The position numbers and the translations under genes are program-made. DNA of 63,725 nucleotides, filler included, from Octopus bimaculoides (taxonomy: Eukaryota), in assembly GCF_001194135.2 (NCBI RefSeq). It is 7 parts of 7 records of this genome, joined end to end, with 100 filler letters (N's around TTAATTAATTAA, not from the genome) between each part and the next. Parts side by side here need not be neighbours in the genome. Positions count along the whole stretch, not along the records: positions 17,201 to 30,508 come from NC_068996.1; positions 30,609 to 33,943 come from NC_068982.1; positions 34,044 to 36,242 come from NC_069001.1; positions 36,343 to 43,238 come from NC_069004.1; 3 more parts are not named here. One strand, 5' to 3'. Position 1 is the first letter of the stretch, and each line of letters opens with the position of its first letter. This document shows, piece by piece, positions 24,370-36,679 of the stretch. The notes below the pieces were generated by a model that had not been told where the DNA came from, did no database searches, and saw only the letters and a list, made by a program, of their open reading frames with translations.

Positions 24370-24806
24370 TTCTTTTATTCTTTTTTTTACTTCAGTCATT
24401 TGACTGCAGCCATGCTGGAGCACCGCCTTTAGTCGAGCAAATCAACCCCAGGACTTATTCTTTGTAAGCCTAGTATCGATCTTTTTTGCTGAACCTCTAA
24501 ATTATGGTGATGTAAACACACTAGCATCGGTTGTCAAGCAATGTTGGGGGGGACAAACACCGATACACAAACATATATATATATATACTTATATACGACG
24601 GGCTTCTTTCAGTTTCTGTCTACCAAATCCACTCACAAAGCTTTGGCCAGCCTGAGGCTACAGTAGAAGACACTTGCCCAAGGTGCCATGCAGTGGGACT
24701 GAACCCAGAACCATGTGATTGGTAAACATGCTACTTTATTTCATAAAAATTCGCCATCAAGGCGTTACAGAGAGGGATGCTACTTACCACACAGCCATTC
24801 CTGCAC
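24370..24806 (-). mobile_element. Abundant SINE (head aggcgcaggagtggctgtgtggtaag, core ccttgggcaagtgtcttc)
   Basis: Same ~410-bp sequence recurs at 25180-25585, 36343-36633, 38824-39180, 44490-44615 and 52636-53046. Confidence 0.8.
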
Positions 24807-25179
24807 ATATATATAGTTTTTGCCTAATTAAAACAGGTTTAACTTTTTAACATAAGGGGAAAATAGTTTTGTTTTATGTATAAAAATAAATATACAAAAA
24901 TGTTTTCACAGAATAAATGTTTGTATATTCCAGTTTAACTGAAAATATATTGGTGTACTTACTCATGAGATAAGTTTGACATATATAACACAAGTGAGAT
25001 GGAAAAAAGGAAAAAAAGATCACATGCTACTCAAAATCTTTTGATAGAAAATGGTTCTAGTGTATATAATTTTGCATGTGTTTTAGCTAAAAGAGGTTTT
25101 GTATTAGAATAAAAGAAATTATATGTAACTGACCAGGATCCAGTTTATGTAGAACTTCAGCTTTTCAAAAGTTTACTCT

Positions 25180-25585
25180 TTTACTCCTTTTCTTGTTTCA
25201 GTCATTTGACTGAGGCCATGATGGAGCACCACCTTTAGTCGAGAAAATCGACCCCAGGACTTATTCTTTGAAAGCCTAGTACTTATTCTATCGGTCTCTT
25301 TTGCCGATCCACTAAGTTACGGGGACGTAAACACACCAGGATCAGTTGTCAAGCAATGCTGTGGGGGACAAACACAGACATACAAACATATACACACACA
25401 TACATATATATATATATACATATATACGACGGAGTTCTTTCAGTTTCCGTCTACCAAATCCACTCACAAGGCTTTGGTAGGCCTGAGGCTATTGTAGAAG
25501 ACACTTGCCCAAGGTGCCACGCAGTGGGACTGAACCCAGACCCATGTGGTTGTTAAGCAAGGTACTTACCACACAGCCACTCCCG
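25180..25585 (-). mobile_element. SINE copy, same family as 24370-24806
   Basis: Near full-length match to the other copies. Confidence 0.8.
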
Positions 25586-25868
25586 CGAAAAGTATACATG
25601 GATTAATGAATAAGTAAGCATGTTTCTTCTAACAATGCACATGTATGCATGCACACATACACACACACACATCATTGGACTGTGGCTGGTTGGGGCACTA
25701 CCTTAAGAGGTTTTGGTCAAATGAAACAACCCCAGTAGTTATTTTTTTCTTAAAACCTGGTAATTTTTCTATCAGTCTATTGTGCTGAACTGTTATGGGG
25801 ACATGAATACACCACCACCAGTTGTCAAGTGGTGGTGTGTGCCAAATACAATGATGCACACAGAGTTT

Positions 25869-25909
<41 letters not shown>

Positions 25910-26132
25910 CACTATGGATTCATTCACAAACTTTCAAGTGCATGGACTAAAAACTTCTTAAGAAAATATGAAATCACAATAATTTAAATGTCATGATTAG
26001 CAAAATGTGAAACCGGTTGAGTACAACAATACTCTATCATTTGAAATATAAAAAAACTATGTAAACTGTGTGCATTTTCCTTCTTTTATTTTTTGTATAT
26101 AAACATATATATATATGGCTGATGATAGTACC

Positions 26133-26430
26133 GCCTGGTTGGCACTCGTGCCAGTGGAACATTAAAAGCACATCCAAGCGTGATTGTTGCCAGGGCCGCG
26201 GATTGGCTCCCATGCCAGTGACACATGAAAAGCACCATTCGAGCGTAATCGTTGCCAGCATTGCCTTACCAGCACATGTGCCAGTGGCACATGAAAAACA
26301 ACATTTGAGCATGGTCGTTGCCAGTACCGCCGGACTGGCTCCTGTGCAGTTAGCACGTAAAAACACCTTCTGAGCATGGTCGTTGCCAGTAACTCCTGAC
26401 TGGCCCTTGTGCCGGTGGCACGTAACAAGC
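26133..26430 (+). repeat. About five tandem ~60-bp units preceding an RTE-tail repeat
   Basis: Unit tgccagtggcacatgaaaagcaccattcgagcgtggtcgttgccag...ctggctcc repeated, then merging into the RTE-tail sequence. Confidence 0.75.
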
Positions 26431-26580
26431 ACCCACTACACTCTCAGAGTGGTTAGTGCTAGGAAGGGTATCCAGCTGTAGAAACTTTGCCTGACTAGAT
26501 TGAGCCTGGTGCAGCCTCTGGTTCACCAGTCCTCAGTCAAACCATCCAACCCATGCCAGCCTGGAAAACGGACGTTAAAC

Positions 26581-26616
<36 letters not shown>

Positions 26617-26617
<1 letters not shown>

Positions 26618-27055
26618 TATATAGTTGAAATTTATAGAAAAACAAAAGACAAAGACAGGTGTAATAACAAGCAAGTGTATTAGTTTGATGCTCTGGAAAA
26701 ATAGAAAGAGTTAAACAGATGGAGAGCATGGTTAGTGTTATGGGGAGGGAAGGGAAGCCACCAGGAGGGCAAGGACATGATCGAGGTATTTGGAGATCAT
26801 TTCCATGGGGTAGCTGCAGACAGAGACAATGGAGCGGCCAGGGTTGTTGGGCTTGTGAATTTTGGGAAGGAAGTAAATAGTGGAGGTGTGTGGAGTATGG
26901 GCAATGAGACCGGAGACAGTTGGAGGAAGAAATGAGGTCATGAATAGGGGAGGACAGAGTCTGTTGGTAGTTAGGCATGGGATTGGAGAACAGAGGGCAA
27001 TAGGAGGAGGTGTCTTGAAGTTGATGGAGAGCTTCAGCTTTGTAAAGGTCTGCAT
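26617..27055 (-). mobile_element. Penelope-like RT remnant joined to a terminal-repeat remnant
   Basis: TSTIYFLPKIHKPNNPGRSIVSVCSYPMEMISKYLD is the Penelope RT LPKIHK motif; a related fragment lies at 28820-29010. Confidence 0.8.
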
Positions 27056-27169
27056 GCCACACCACTACAGCTCCACCCTTGTCAGCCGGTTTAATGACAA
27101 TATCTTTGCAAAGTTGGAGACATGTATTTTTAAAAATAAAAATATACCAACTGGATTATGGATGGGACA

Positions 27170-27934
27170 TAACAATTTATTCAAAGTAGCTGCCCTCAGC
27201 TTTCACAACAGTCTCAAGGTGGCTCTGGAACCTGGTACATGTATTCTTCATTGTGCCCCCTATGAAGATCATTGAACTCCTCTTTGATCTTGGCTACCAG
27301 CCCAGCTTTGGTGTTGCAGACAGAACAGCTGGTGTCTTTCTCAACCCTTCCCCACACATAGTAATCCATGGGATTACAATTACAATTAGGAACCAGAAAT
27401 TGGAGCTGTGGTAGTTGTAGAAGTTCACCCGCAACTAACTCTGACTCTTTTTGGAGGTATAACAAGGAGCTGAAGCCTGCTGCCACACATACGATCTTCT
27501 AGTGGGAAACTTCCCCTGCCAGGGTTTGACCACAGTCTCTAGCTAATTCACATAGCCATCTGAATTGAGCCTGGAGCCCTGCTCAATGATGTGTGGATGA
27601 ATTCCAATGTGTGGTTGCAGTAAGAATGCCTGTTGTGTCCCTTCCTGCAGGCCAGAGCTTCATCCTTTCTATTGCTGTTCTCTATGCTGTGTCTGACCAC
27701 CTTTACAATATTCACAGAGCATTAAGCAGACATCGATACCCAGTGTGAACCATAACAATGCAGGTAACTCCTTTCCAATATTCAGATGGCTTCTACTCCT
27801 CTGTGCCAGTTAACTTTTTGTCAACTACAGCTTTAAAATTTATGCCCTACAAAGATATTAACTATTGATCAATGCAGGAAGTTGTTTCTGTAAAAAGAAA
27901 GCAAAACATTTGTCAAAAATAGCCTGGCCACTGT
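27170..27934 (-). mobile_element. Tc1/maT-like transposon remnant
   Basis: NPMDYYVWGRVEKDTSCSVCNTKAGLVAKIKEEF resembles the DD37D-type C-terminus; cagtggccaggctatttttgac next to TA at about 27934. Confidence 0.6.
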
Positions 27935-28503
27935 ATATATATATATCATCATCATCATCATCATCATCATCGTCGTTTAACGTCCGCCTTCCATGCTAGC
28001 ATGGGTTGGATGATTTGACTGAGGACTGGCGAACCAGATGGCTGCATCAAACTCCAATCTGATCTGGCAGAGTTTCTACAGCTGGATGCCCTTTCTAACA
28101 CCAACCACTCTGCGAGTGTAGTGGCTGCTTTTACATGCCACCAGCACAAGTGCCAGTAAGGCGACACTGGTAACGATTATGCTCAAATGGTGCTATTTAC
28201 GTGCCACTTGCACAGAAGCCAGACAGCGGCTCTGGCAATGATCACGCTCGGTAGGCACTCAAGCCATTACAATTTTGATTTCACTTGCCTCAACAGGTCT
28301 TCAGAAGTTTAGTGTCCAATGAAGGAAAGATACGCATAAGTGAGCTGGCATATATANNNNNNNNNNNNNNNNNNNNNNNNNNNNNNNNNNNNNNNNNNNN
28401 NNNNNNNNNNNNNNNNNNNNNNNNNNNNNNNNNNNNNNNNNNNNNNNNNNNNNNNNNNNNNNNNNNNNNNNNNNNNNNNNNNNNNNNNNNNNNNNNNNNN
28501 NNN

Positions 28504-28540
<37 letters not shown>

Positions 28541-29065
28541 GTATATGTATATATCTGTGTGTGTGTGTGTGTGTGTGTGTGTAACCAAAGCATTAGCGTT
28601 GGTGCTTGTATCACTCAAAAGCACCCAATATATTCTGTAAAGTGGTTGGCATTAGGAAGGGCATCTAGCTGTAGAAACCAAGCTGAAACAGGCCTTTTGT
28701 CTAGCAACCCTTTGTCTTCCTAGTTCCTGGTTAAGCTGTCCAACCCATGAAAAATAAATGTTAAATGATGATGATGATGATGATGATGGTGATGATGAAT
28801 ATGATGATGATGATAATGATGATGATCATGGGCAATAAGGCTGGAGACAGTGGGAGGGATATGGGAGGAAGAAATGAGGTCATGAATAGTGGAGGACAGA
28901 GCCTGTTGGTAGTTAGGCGTGGGGCTGGAGGACAGAGGGCAATAGAAGGAGGTGTCTTGAAGTTGACGGAGAGCTTTGAAGTTGACGGAGAGCTTTGAAG
29001 TTGACGGAGATGATGGTGATGGTGGTGGTGGTGGTGGTGTGTGTGTGTGTGTATGTATTTATGTA

Positions 29066-29610
29066 TGATGTGCCATCAAAAAGTTCCTGAATCATCACAG
29101 TGAGAGTTTTATGAGGCAGTGACCCTCATGATACATTGTGTTGAGTAACATCACTGCATTTGCGATCACATGTATGCTGTGGGTCTGCAATTTTTGTCAT
29201 GGACAGGAAGTTGGAACAAAGAGCCTTATGTGAAATTTCATGTTAAACTCGAGAAGTCTGCTATAGAGACATTGAGCATGCTTTGGCAAGCTTACAGTAA
29301 TTAGGCAATGGGTTATACATGATGTTACAAGTGGCATGAGTGCTTCAAAAGTGGAGGAATGTTCCTGGAAGTGATCTGGAAGATCTGCTACAAGTTCAAT
29401 CCCTAAAAATGTGGAGAAAATTCATCAGCTTGTGGCATCAGGATGATCAAAGAACGGCCAGCAAACATTGCTGATGTTCTTCTTCTGTCCTATGGATCTT
29501 ACTGTCTGAATTGAACATGCAGCCAGTCTCTGCCAAGCTTGTCCCCCTGCTTGCTGACCACTGAGCAGAAAGAACATTGCGTCAAAGTCTCCATCATCAT
29601 GCCACTGATG
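29066..29610 (+). mobile_element. Mariner 5' remnant (TIR plus HTH region)
   Basis: EQRA-VKFHVKLEKSAIETLSMLWQAY...NVEKIHQL...ELNM..VSAKLVP.LLTTEQKEHCV. Confidence 0.7.
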
Positions 29611-29729
29611 AGCAAAGAATGTACATGTACTTTGAAATTATAGACATGTCATGTACTTGTTACATACTCTGCCTTAGGATTATGTTAAAAATACATATTC
29701 TTGTTGAATATTGCTCCACTTGGAACTCT

Positions 29730-29761
29730 AATTAGATAGATAGATAGATAGATAGAGAGAG

Positions 29762-29796
<35 letters not shown>

Positions 29797-29801
29797 GAGA
29801 G

Positions 29802-29836
<35 letters not shown>

Positions 29837-29873
29837 AAGAAAGGTAGACAGGCAGACAGACAGACAGACAGAC

Positions 29874-29923
<50 letters not shown>

Positions 29924-30039
29924 ATGTATGTATGTATGTATGTATGTATAGATAGATAGATGGATGGATAGATGGTTGGATGGATAGACAGAAAGAAAGA
30001 AATGTACATAAACAGATAAATAGATAAACAGATGGATAT

Positions 30040-30080
<41 letters not shown>

Positions 30081-30140
30081 AAGATAGAAAGATGGATGTA
30101 CAGTTCCGATTGTACTCTAGAAAAAAGTGTGTGTGTGTGT
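29730..30140. repeat. Compound microsatellite (GATA, GA, GAAA, GACA, TA, TATG, GT)
   Basis: Directly visible. Confidence 0.95.
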
Positions 30141-30471
30141 ATGTTGAAAGAAAGAGTGGTTGACTGACTGTCAGAAAGAGAGAGGGCGAGAGAGGAAATG
30201 AGATGGAGGAAGAGAGAGGACGACAGGTAGTCAAGCATCTTTATACTGAAGAGGACAGAATGCGTGGGCGTACATGTGACTAAATGAACGTCTATCTATA
30301 GATCGATGTGTTGTTTGTAAATACACAAACAGAATGTTATATTGACAGATAGCTTTATCAACCTACCTATCTACATGTGAACGCATGTATATGTGTGTGT
30401 GTGCATGTTTGTGCATGTATAATATATATATATATATATATAGAAAGAGATACAGACAGACAGATATATAC

Positions 30472-30508
<37 letters not shown>

Positions 30509-30608
30509 NNNNNNNNNNNNNNNNNNNNNNNNNNNNNNNNNNNNNNNNNNNNTTAATTAATTAANNNNNNNNNNNNNNNNNNNNNNNNNNNNNNNNNNNN
30601 NNNNNNNN

Positions 30609-30646
<38 letters not shown>

Positions 30647-30691
30647 TGTTAGCTTTTAATTTTAAACTGATTTGATTATTTATTTTGACAG

Positions 30692-30802
30692 GTCTTACCA
30701 AAATTGGTGCCATTCCTTCCTTATTGAACTACAATCTTCGAAGTAGTGGCCTTGTTCATAATTTGAAAATCAGCCATCCAAAGATTATCATTATTGATAG
30801 TG
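30692..30802 (+). CDS. SLC27A/FATP (very-long-chain acyl-CoA synthetase) internal exon, G-LTKIGAIPSLLNYNLRSSGLVHNLKISHPKIIIIDS
   Basis: 111 nt, ttttgacag| acceptor and |gtaagt donor, phase 1-1; resembles the FATP segment LGLxKLGxxxALLNYNIRxxSLxHC. Confidence 0.8.
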
Positions 30803-30879
30803 GTAAGTATATATTTCCATATAAGCAGCTTAACCCCCTCAACAGTCATGTTGAAGACAGTTACATAAGAGGTGCAACT

Positions 30880-31130
30880 CTGACAAGACCACTTTGTACA
30901 GACAGGAACTGCATTGTGTGCTCTTTTAAACCTAGCATTAACTGTAAGACCAGAAATGTAGTCTACCAAATAGAATGCATGGAGGGTGATTGTAGGAAAT
31001 GGAATCTGACGTACATTGGGAAGGACTTCTAGGAGTTTAGCTGAGAGGCTAAATGAGTACAACTTGGAGTTTAAGGACAGGAAACAATTGTCAATACTCT
31101 ACCACCATGTCCAAGATGAAGATAGTGGCT
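30880..31130 (+). mobile_element. Penelope GIY-YIG endonuclease remnant in a FATP intron
   Basis: CTDRNCIVCS...NCKTRNVVYQIECMEGDC...YIGK. Confidence 0.7.
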
Positions 31131-31791
31131 TGCTGAATTAAACTGGAATCGAAATCTTGTGTAAATACTTGTGCAACTCATTGCTAAGACAGATGCATAA
31201 GTCTGTTCTCATAAATGAGACAATGCCAACACTAAATAGAAAGTATACAAATGATAGAGAGATGTGGGCCCTGAATGCAGAGAACAGGCAAAGGTTAGGG
31301 AGGAACGAGGCTAGATGTTCTGAGACAGAAGTTAGGCATAAGAGGAATTGGATGCTGTGTGCAAGCGAGAAGATTGCAATGGTGATGTGGGTGGATGCTG
31401 ACAGATCCATAAAAAAGTGCCAATCTCTCAAAGTAGATGGAATATGTGGAAGTGGGAGACATGGGACGAAGTACTGAAGAATGACCTCAGGATGCTGAAT
31501 CTTTTAGGCGAGATGACAAAGGACTAAGATGCTTGATGCCTTGCCATTCTCAAGAAGACCCGTGCCCCACGGCAGAAATGTTACGACTGGTCCTTCCAGT
31601 GATGTAAAGCATTCATGGCGGTGCCACATAAAAGTGCCGGTGCTGCGCCATGTAGAAACGCCTGTGCCACAAAAAAAAAGCTTTCAGCCCCAGAAACCAA
31701 AACCAGACTGGAGCGTGGTGTAGCTAGCCAGCTCTGGCCGTCAAACTGCCCAACCCATGCCGGCATGGACATCAGGCGTTAAATGATGATG

Positions 31792-31936
<145 letters not shown>

Positions 31937-32932
31937 GCATAAGAGTAATTCTGAGGCTGACTCAAAGCTGACCTTGAAGAGTGAAGGCATAGCATTGATG
32001 TGAATAGCAACGAAAGGACTTTGACAGAGAAAACTAATTGACTGTTCAATCAAAATACATGAAACAAACCGCTGGACAGTTAATTAGGGAAATAAAGAAG
32101 TGGTATTGATCTAGTTACATGTATTTTAATTTTTATTGGTATAATGACCATCCATAGACACGTACACAACCAGGTTCCCCTGCAGACATCAACGATGGTG
32201 ACAGCGGCAATGCCATAGTTCATTCTTTAGTCATTTCTGATTCAGGAATCCTGTCATCCATGGCATTCCACTCTTTGACAATCCTTTATTATATCCCAGA
32301 TTTCAACGACCCATATGTCATTTGTTTTTTGTGATGTTAGGATGTAATTTGATGACTATTTGGCTGCTATTTCTAGCAGTTTGAGTAACTGCATAGAATT
32401 TCCCTCTTACACTCACTGCCACCCCTCCTAGGGCAACAGTGTTGCTGGTTGGTCCTTCTTTCTACTCCACTAGTTTATGCATTTTTGCAATCAAATCTTT
32501 AAAAAAATAAAAGTAAATTTAGAAATGTCTTTCTCTGTCACTGGAACCTGAAGATGAAGTGCTGACTCATTAATCTTTCAATACTTTGTTTCAATTGTTC
32601 CTGTCTGTGGAATCTAAAATATTTACGGATGTCACTTCAAAGCAGAACAACCCTTTTTATAATATTTCACCAAACATTTAAGATGGTCGGCTAACAGAAT
32701 TATGAAGATGCCAGGCAAAATGCTTTGTGGCATTTCATCTGTCTTTAAGTTTGGAGTCCAAATTTCGCCAAGATCATACTTTGCCTTTCATCCTTTCAGG
32801 GTCAATAGAATAAGTACCAGTTGTACACTGGGGTCAATGAAATTCTCCTACAAAACTGCTGGCCTTGTGCCAAAATTTGAGACCAATATTTCACCAAACA
32901 TCATTTTCTCTTTTTCTTTCCATTTTTTCCAG

Positions 32933-33148
32933 ATATTGATATTCAAAACAACATGAAAGAAATCCAACCTGAATTCCACATCCCAATCTATGTCGTATCA
33001 ACTTCAACGAAATCCTGTATTTTACCAGACTTTTTGTCATTTGATGATGTTTTGGAATTGTCTTCAGATGCAATAGTAGATCCTTCTTTGAGGAAGCCAT
33101 TACATATGTCATCTTTGTTCTGTTATATCTACACATCAGGCACCACAG
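32933..33148 (+). CDS. SLC27A/FATP internal exon ending in the AMP-binding motif, D-IDIQNNMKEIQPEFHIPIYVVSTSTKSCILPDFLSFDDVLELSSDAIVDPSLRKPLHMSSLFCYIYTSGTT-G
   Basis: 216 nt, long polypyrimidine tract with ttccag| acceptor and G|gtaaat donor. YIYTSGTTG is the FATP AMP-binding signature. In frame with exon 30692-30802. Confidence 0.85.
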
Positions 33149-33196
33149 GTAAATCAACAGCTGCAATTATTGATCACAGAATGCACACTACACATG

Positions 33197-33231
<35 letters not shown>

Positions 33232-33579
33232 CTATATATGTCTACCTATATCCTAAGTTGTTGTATTAATTATTAATGCATTGTTAAACCCCAGTACGTT
33301 ATATAAATGCAATGAATATTGATGGAATATATTTACATGTGTAGTGAATAGATTAAAATGATAGTCAACCTGTTTAGAATTATATGGTTATATATTTAGA
33401 ATAATAAACAGCAGAAAACCTTAAATTTGAGGGTAAAAATTATTCAACAGTCCTGATTTGCATAATAATGTGGGACGCAGTGTATGTCTGTGTGCGTATA
33501 TATATATATATATATACATATATATCTATCTATGTGTGTGTATGTATGTATATATATATATATATGTATGTATATATAT

Positions 33580-33943
33580 TCGATAGCTTCCGCTATCTGG
33601 GCGACCAAGTTAGTAGTGGGGGTGGGTGCGCTGAAAGTGTAGCTGCTAGAATAAGAATAGCTTGGGCAAAGTTTAGAGAGCTCTTACCCCTGCTGGCGAC
33701 AAAGGGACTCTCACTCAGAGTAAAGGGCAGACTGTATGACGCATGTGTACGAACAGCCATGCTACATGGCAGTGAAACATGGGCTGTAACTGCTGAGGAC
33801 ATACGTAAGCTCGCAAGGAATGAAGCCAGTATGCTCCGTTGGATGTGTAATGTCAATGTGAATACCCGTCAGAGTGTAAGTATCTTGAGAGAAAAGCTGA
33901 ACATTAGAAGCATCAGTTGTGGCGTGCAAAAGAGACGATTGCG
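33580..33943 (+). mobile_element. RTE LINE RT C-terminal fragment, open up to the gap
   Basis: SFRYLGDQVSSGGGCAESVAARIRIAWAKFRELLPLL...AMLHGSETWAV. Confidence 0.88.
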
Positions 33944-34329
33944 NNNNNNNNNNNNNNNNNNNNNNNNNNNNNNNNNNNNNNNNNNNNTTAATTAATTAAN
34001 NNNNNNNNNNNNNNNNNNNNNNNNNNNNNNNNNNNNNNNNNNNATACACATCTATATACATACATATATATATACATATATGTATATATATATATATATA
34101 TATACATACATACACATCTATATACATACATATATATATACATATATGTATATATATATATATATAAATATATACATACATACACATCTATATACATACA
34201 TATATATATATATATATACATACATATATATATAAATATATACATACATACACATCTATATACATACATATATATATACATACATATACATGCATATATA
34301 CATACATATATAAAGATATATACATACAT

Positions 34330-35390
34330 TCAGATGGTCGGCTCCAGCTCATATCGAGCATTGGGTTTGTCAGTCCTCCAGGCTGTCCTATCCATGGCAA
34401 TCTGATGGATGTTAGCTTGAGCCAAGGTCCGTTTGAGTTAGTCTTTAAAACGGAATTTTGGACCTCCTCTGGGTCTTGTTCCAAATGCAAGTTCTCCGTA
34501 GAGCATGCAAGTTCTCAGTGAAGACGATGGTGTAGAATGGTAGCTTTGACACTTGGTAGTGAGGTGCAGCAAAGAACCTCGTTGTTGGTAACATGATCTT
34601 CCCATTGTATGTTGAGGATCTGTCATAGCTTCGATTGTTGGAAGCATTGAAGGCACTTGAAGTCACGGTGGTACAATGTCCAAGTTTCACAAGTGTAGAG
34701 TATAGTTGACAGGACAATGGCACGGAAGACCATGGTCTTTGTCTGGATGATCAGCATGTGATTGGAGAATACACGTTGGCTGAGTCTGCCACCCCAATCC
34801 GGTTCTCCACATCCCTTTCACATGTGGGGGTCTTCGAAAGGATACTTTCAAGGTATGTGAAGTGTTCAACTTCTTTTAGGGGTTGGCCATTGATGTTAAT
34901 GTTTGTGGGTGGACTGTTCAGGCCTGGTGCAGGTGGAGCAGTGTCTTGGTCTTTAATGTGTTTACCAGCATATCGAAGCGTTTGTAAGCCATGTTGTAAA
35001 GATTGCCCGTCCTTTGTAGGCAATCTGCAGTCCGGCTCGGAGTGGTATTGTTGTTGGCATACTGCATTTCACAGACTGCGATAGTGGAAGTCCTCATCTT
35101 TGCACGGATGTGTGCGAGATTGAAGAGTCCGCCATCCAAGCGACAGCGCATGTTGATGGAAGGCGAGTCTAGTGGAATTTTGTTGAACATGGTAGCCACG
35201 TACACAGAGAAACAGGATAGTGCCAGGACGCATCCTTGCTTAAGATCCCTAGTGATGGGAAACGGGTCTGTGAAGGCATTTTGATGGCATACCCTACCCA
35301 CCATGCCATTGTGGAGGGAGTGGCTCAGGGCAACGAAGTCCTCCGGACATCCAAACCAGGCTAGGACAGCTCACATTGCAGGATGGGGGG
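34330..35390 (-). mobile_element. RTE-BovB-like LINE RT remnant
   Basis: DPFPITRDLKQGCVLALSCFSVY, EMQYANN, NINGQPLKEVEHFTYLESILS and LYGELAFGTRPRGGPKFRFKD. Confidence 0.85.
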
Positions 35391-35607
35391 ACCTTGTATG
35401 CATACATATATATATATACATACATACATACATTCATATAAACATATACATACATATACATTCATATAAATATATGCATATACATACATATATATATATA
35501 CATATACATACATATACATTCATATAAATATATGCATATACATACATATATATATATACATATACATACATATATAAACATATATAAATATACACACATA
35601 TATAAAC

Positions 35608-35648
<41 letters not shown>

Positions 35649-35914
35649 CACATATATAAACATAAATATATAAATATATACACACATATATAAACATAAA
35701 TATATATATATATATATATACATATACATACATATAGACATGCATACATACATACATATGCATATACATACATATATACATATATAAATGTATATACATA
35801 TATGTACATACATACATATATATACATGCATGAATATGTATATGTATAAACATACATATATATACACACATATATATATATATACATTCATCTATATATA
35901 TAAAAATGAGAATG

Positions 35915-36240
35915 TGTGTGTGTCTGTCTGTCTGTCTGTCTGTGTTAATCCCTAAAACTCGAGAACTACGCCACCAATTTCATTCAAATTTTACACATGC
36001 CTTACTTAGGGTTCCAGTTGTGTTTTAGTCAAAAAAAATCATTAACTTCTTGCAGAGTTCGAGCACACGGCAACATAATATCTCCTCCCCTATTTAAGTA
36101 TTACGTGTCAAAAGTGAAACAAAAACACTCATGTCAAATACTTTCACTTTAAAAATGAAACTATTCCACTAACTGAAACAATCACATTTCGATACTGTAG
36201 TGACAGATACTTTCACAGAGAGAGAAAGAGAGAGACAGAA
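35915..36240. mobile_element. Possible Helitron/Helentron-derived non-autonomous repeat (DINE-1/HINE-like)
   Basis: (GTCT)n followed by aactacgccaccaatttcattcaaattttacac, the layout recalled for DINE-1-like elements. Confidence 0.4.
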
Positions 36241-36342
36241 AGNNNNNNNNNNNNNNNNNNNNNNNNNNNNNNNNNNNNNNNNNNNNTTAATTAATTAANN
36301 NNNNNNNNNNNNNNNNNNNNNNNNNNNNNNNNNNNNNNNNNN

Positions 36343-36633
36343 GCCGAACCGCTAAGTTACGGGGACGCAATCACACCAGCATCGGTTGTCAAGCGATGTT
36401 GGGGGGACAAACACAGACACACAAACATATACACACACATACATATATATACATATATACACATATATACGACGGGCTTCTTTCAGTTTCTGTCTACCAA
36501 ATCCACTCATAAGGCTTTGGTCGGCCCAAGGCTATAGTAGAAGACACTTGCCCAAGGTGCCACGCAGTGGGACTGAACCCAGAACCATGTGGCTGGTAAG
36601 CAAGCTACTTATCACACAACCACTCCGGCGCCT
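36343..36633 (-). mobile_element. SINE copy, family of 24370-24806
   Basis: Head (reverse) ends ...ccactccggcgcct at 36633. Confidence 0.8.
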
Positions 36634-36638
36634 ATTAA

Positions 36639-36679
36639 AAAAATATGGAACGCTTCACGAATTTGCGTGTCATCCTTGC
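36639..36679 (-). pseudogene. U6: U6 snRNA 3'-terminal fragment (about nt 67-107)
   Basis: Reverse complement reads GCAAGGATGACACGCAAATTCGTGAAGCGTTCCATATTTTT, matching the conserved metazoan U6 3' end as recalled. Confidence 0.9.

Noticed and set aside
26133-26430. Repeat array considered as CRISPR-like
   Set aside because: Eukaryotic context, no unique spacers and no cas genes; the units are diverged tandem copies.
33988-35891. ORFs rich in YI/CV/HT and poly-M/D/H/V (here and at 29728-30238, 41125-41688 and 45534-46075)
   Set aside because: Translations of TA, CA, GATA and GAT microsatellites; no coding signal.
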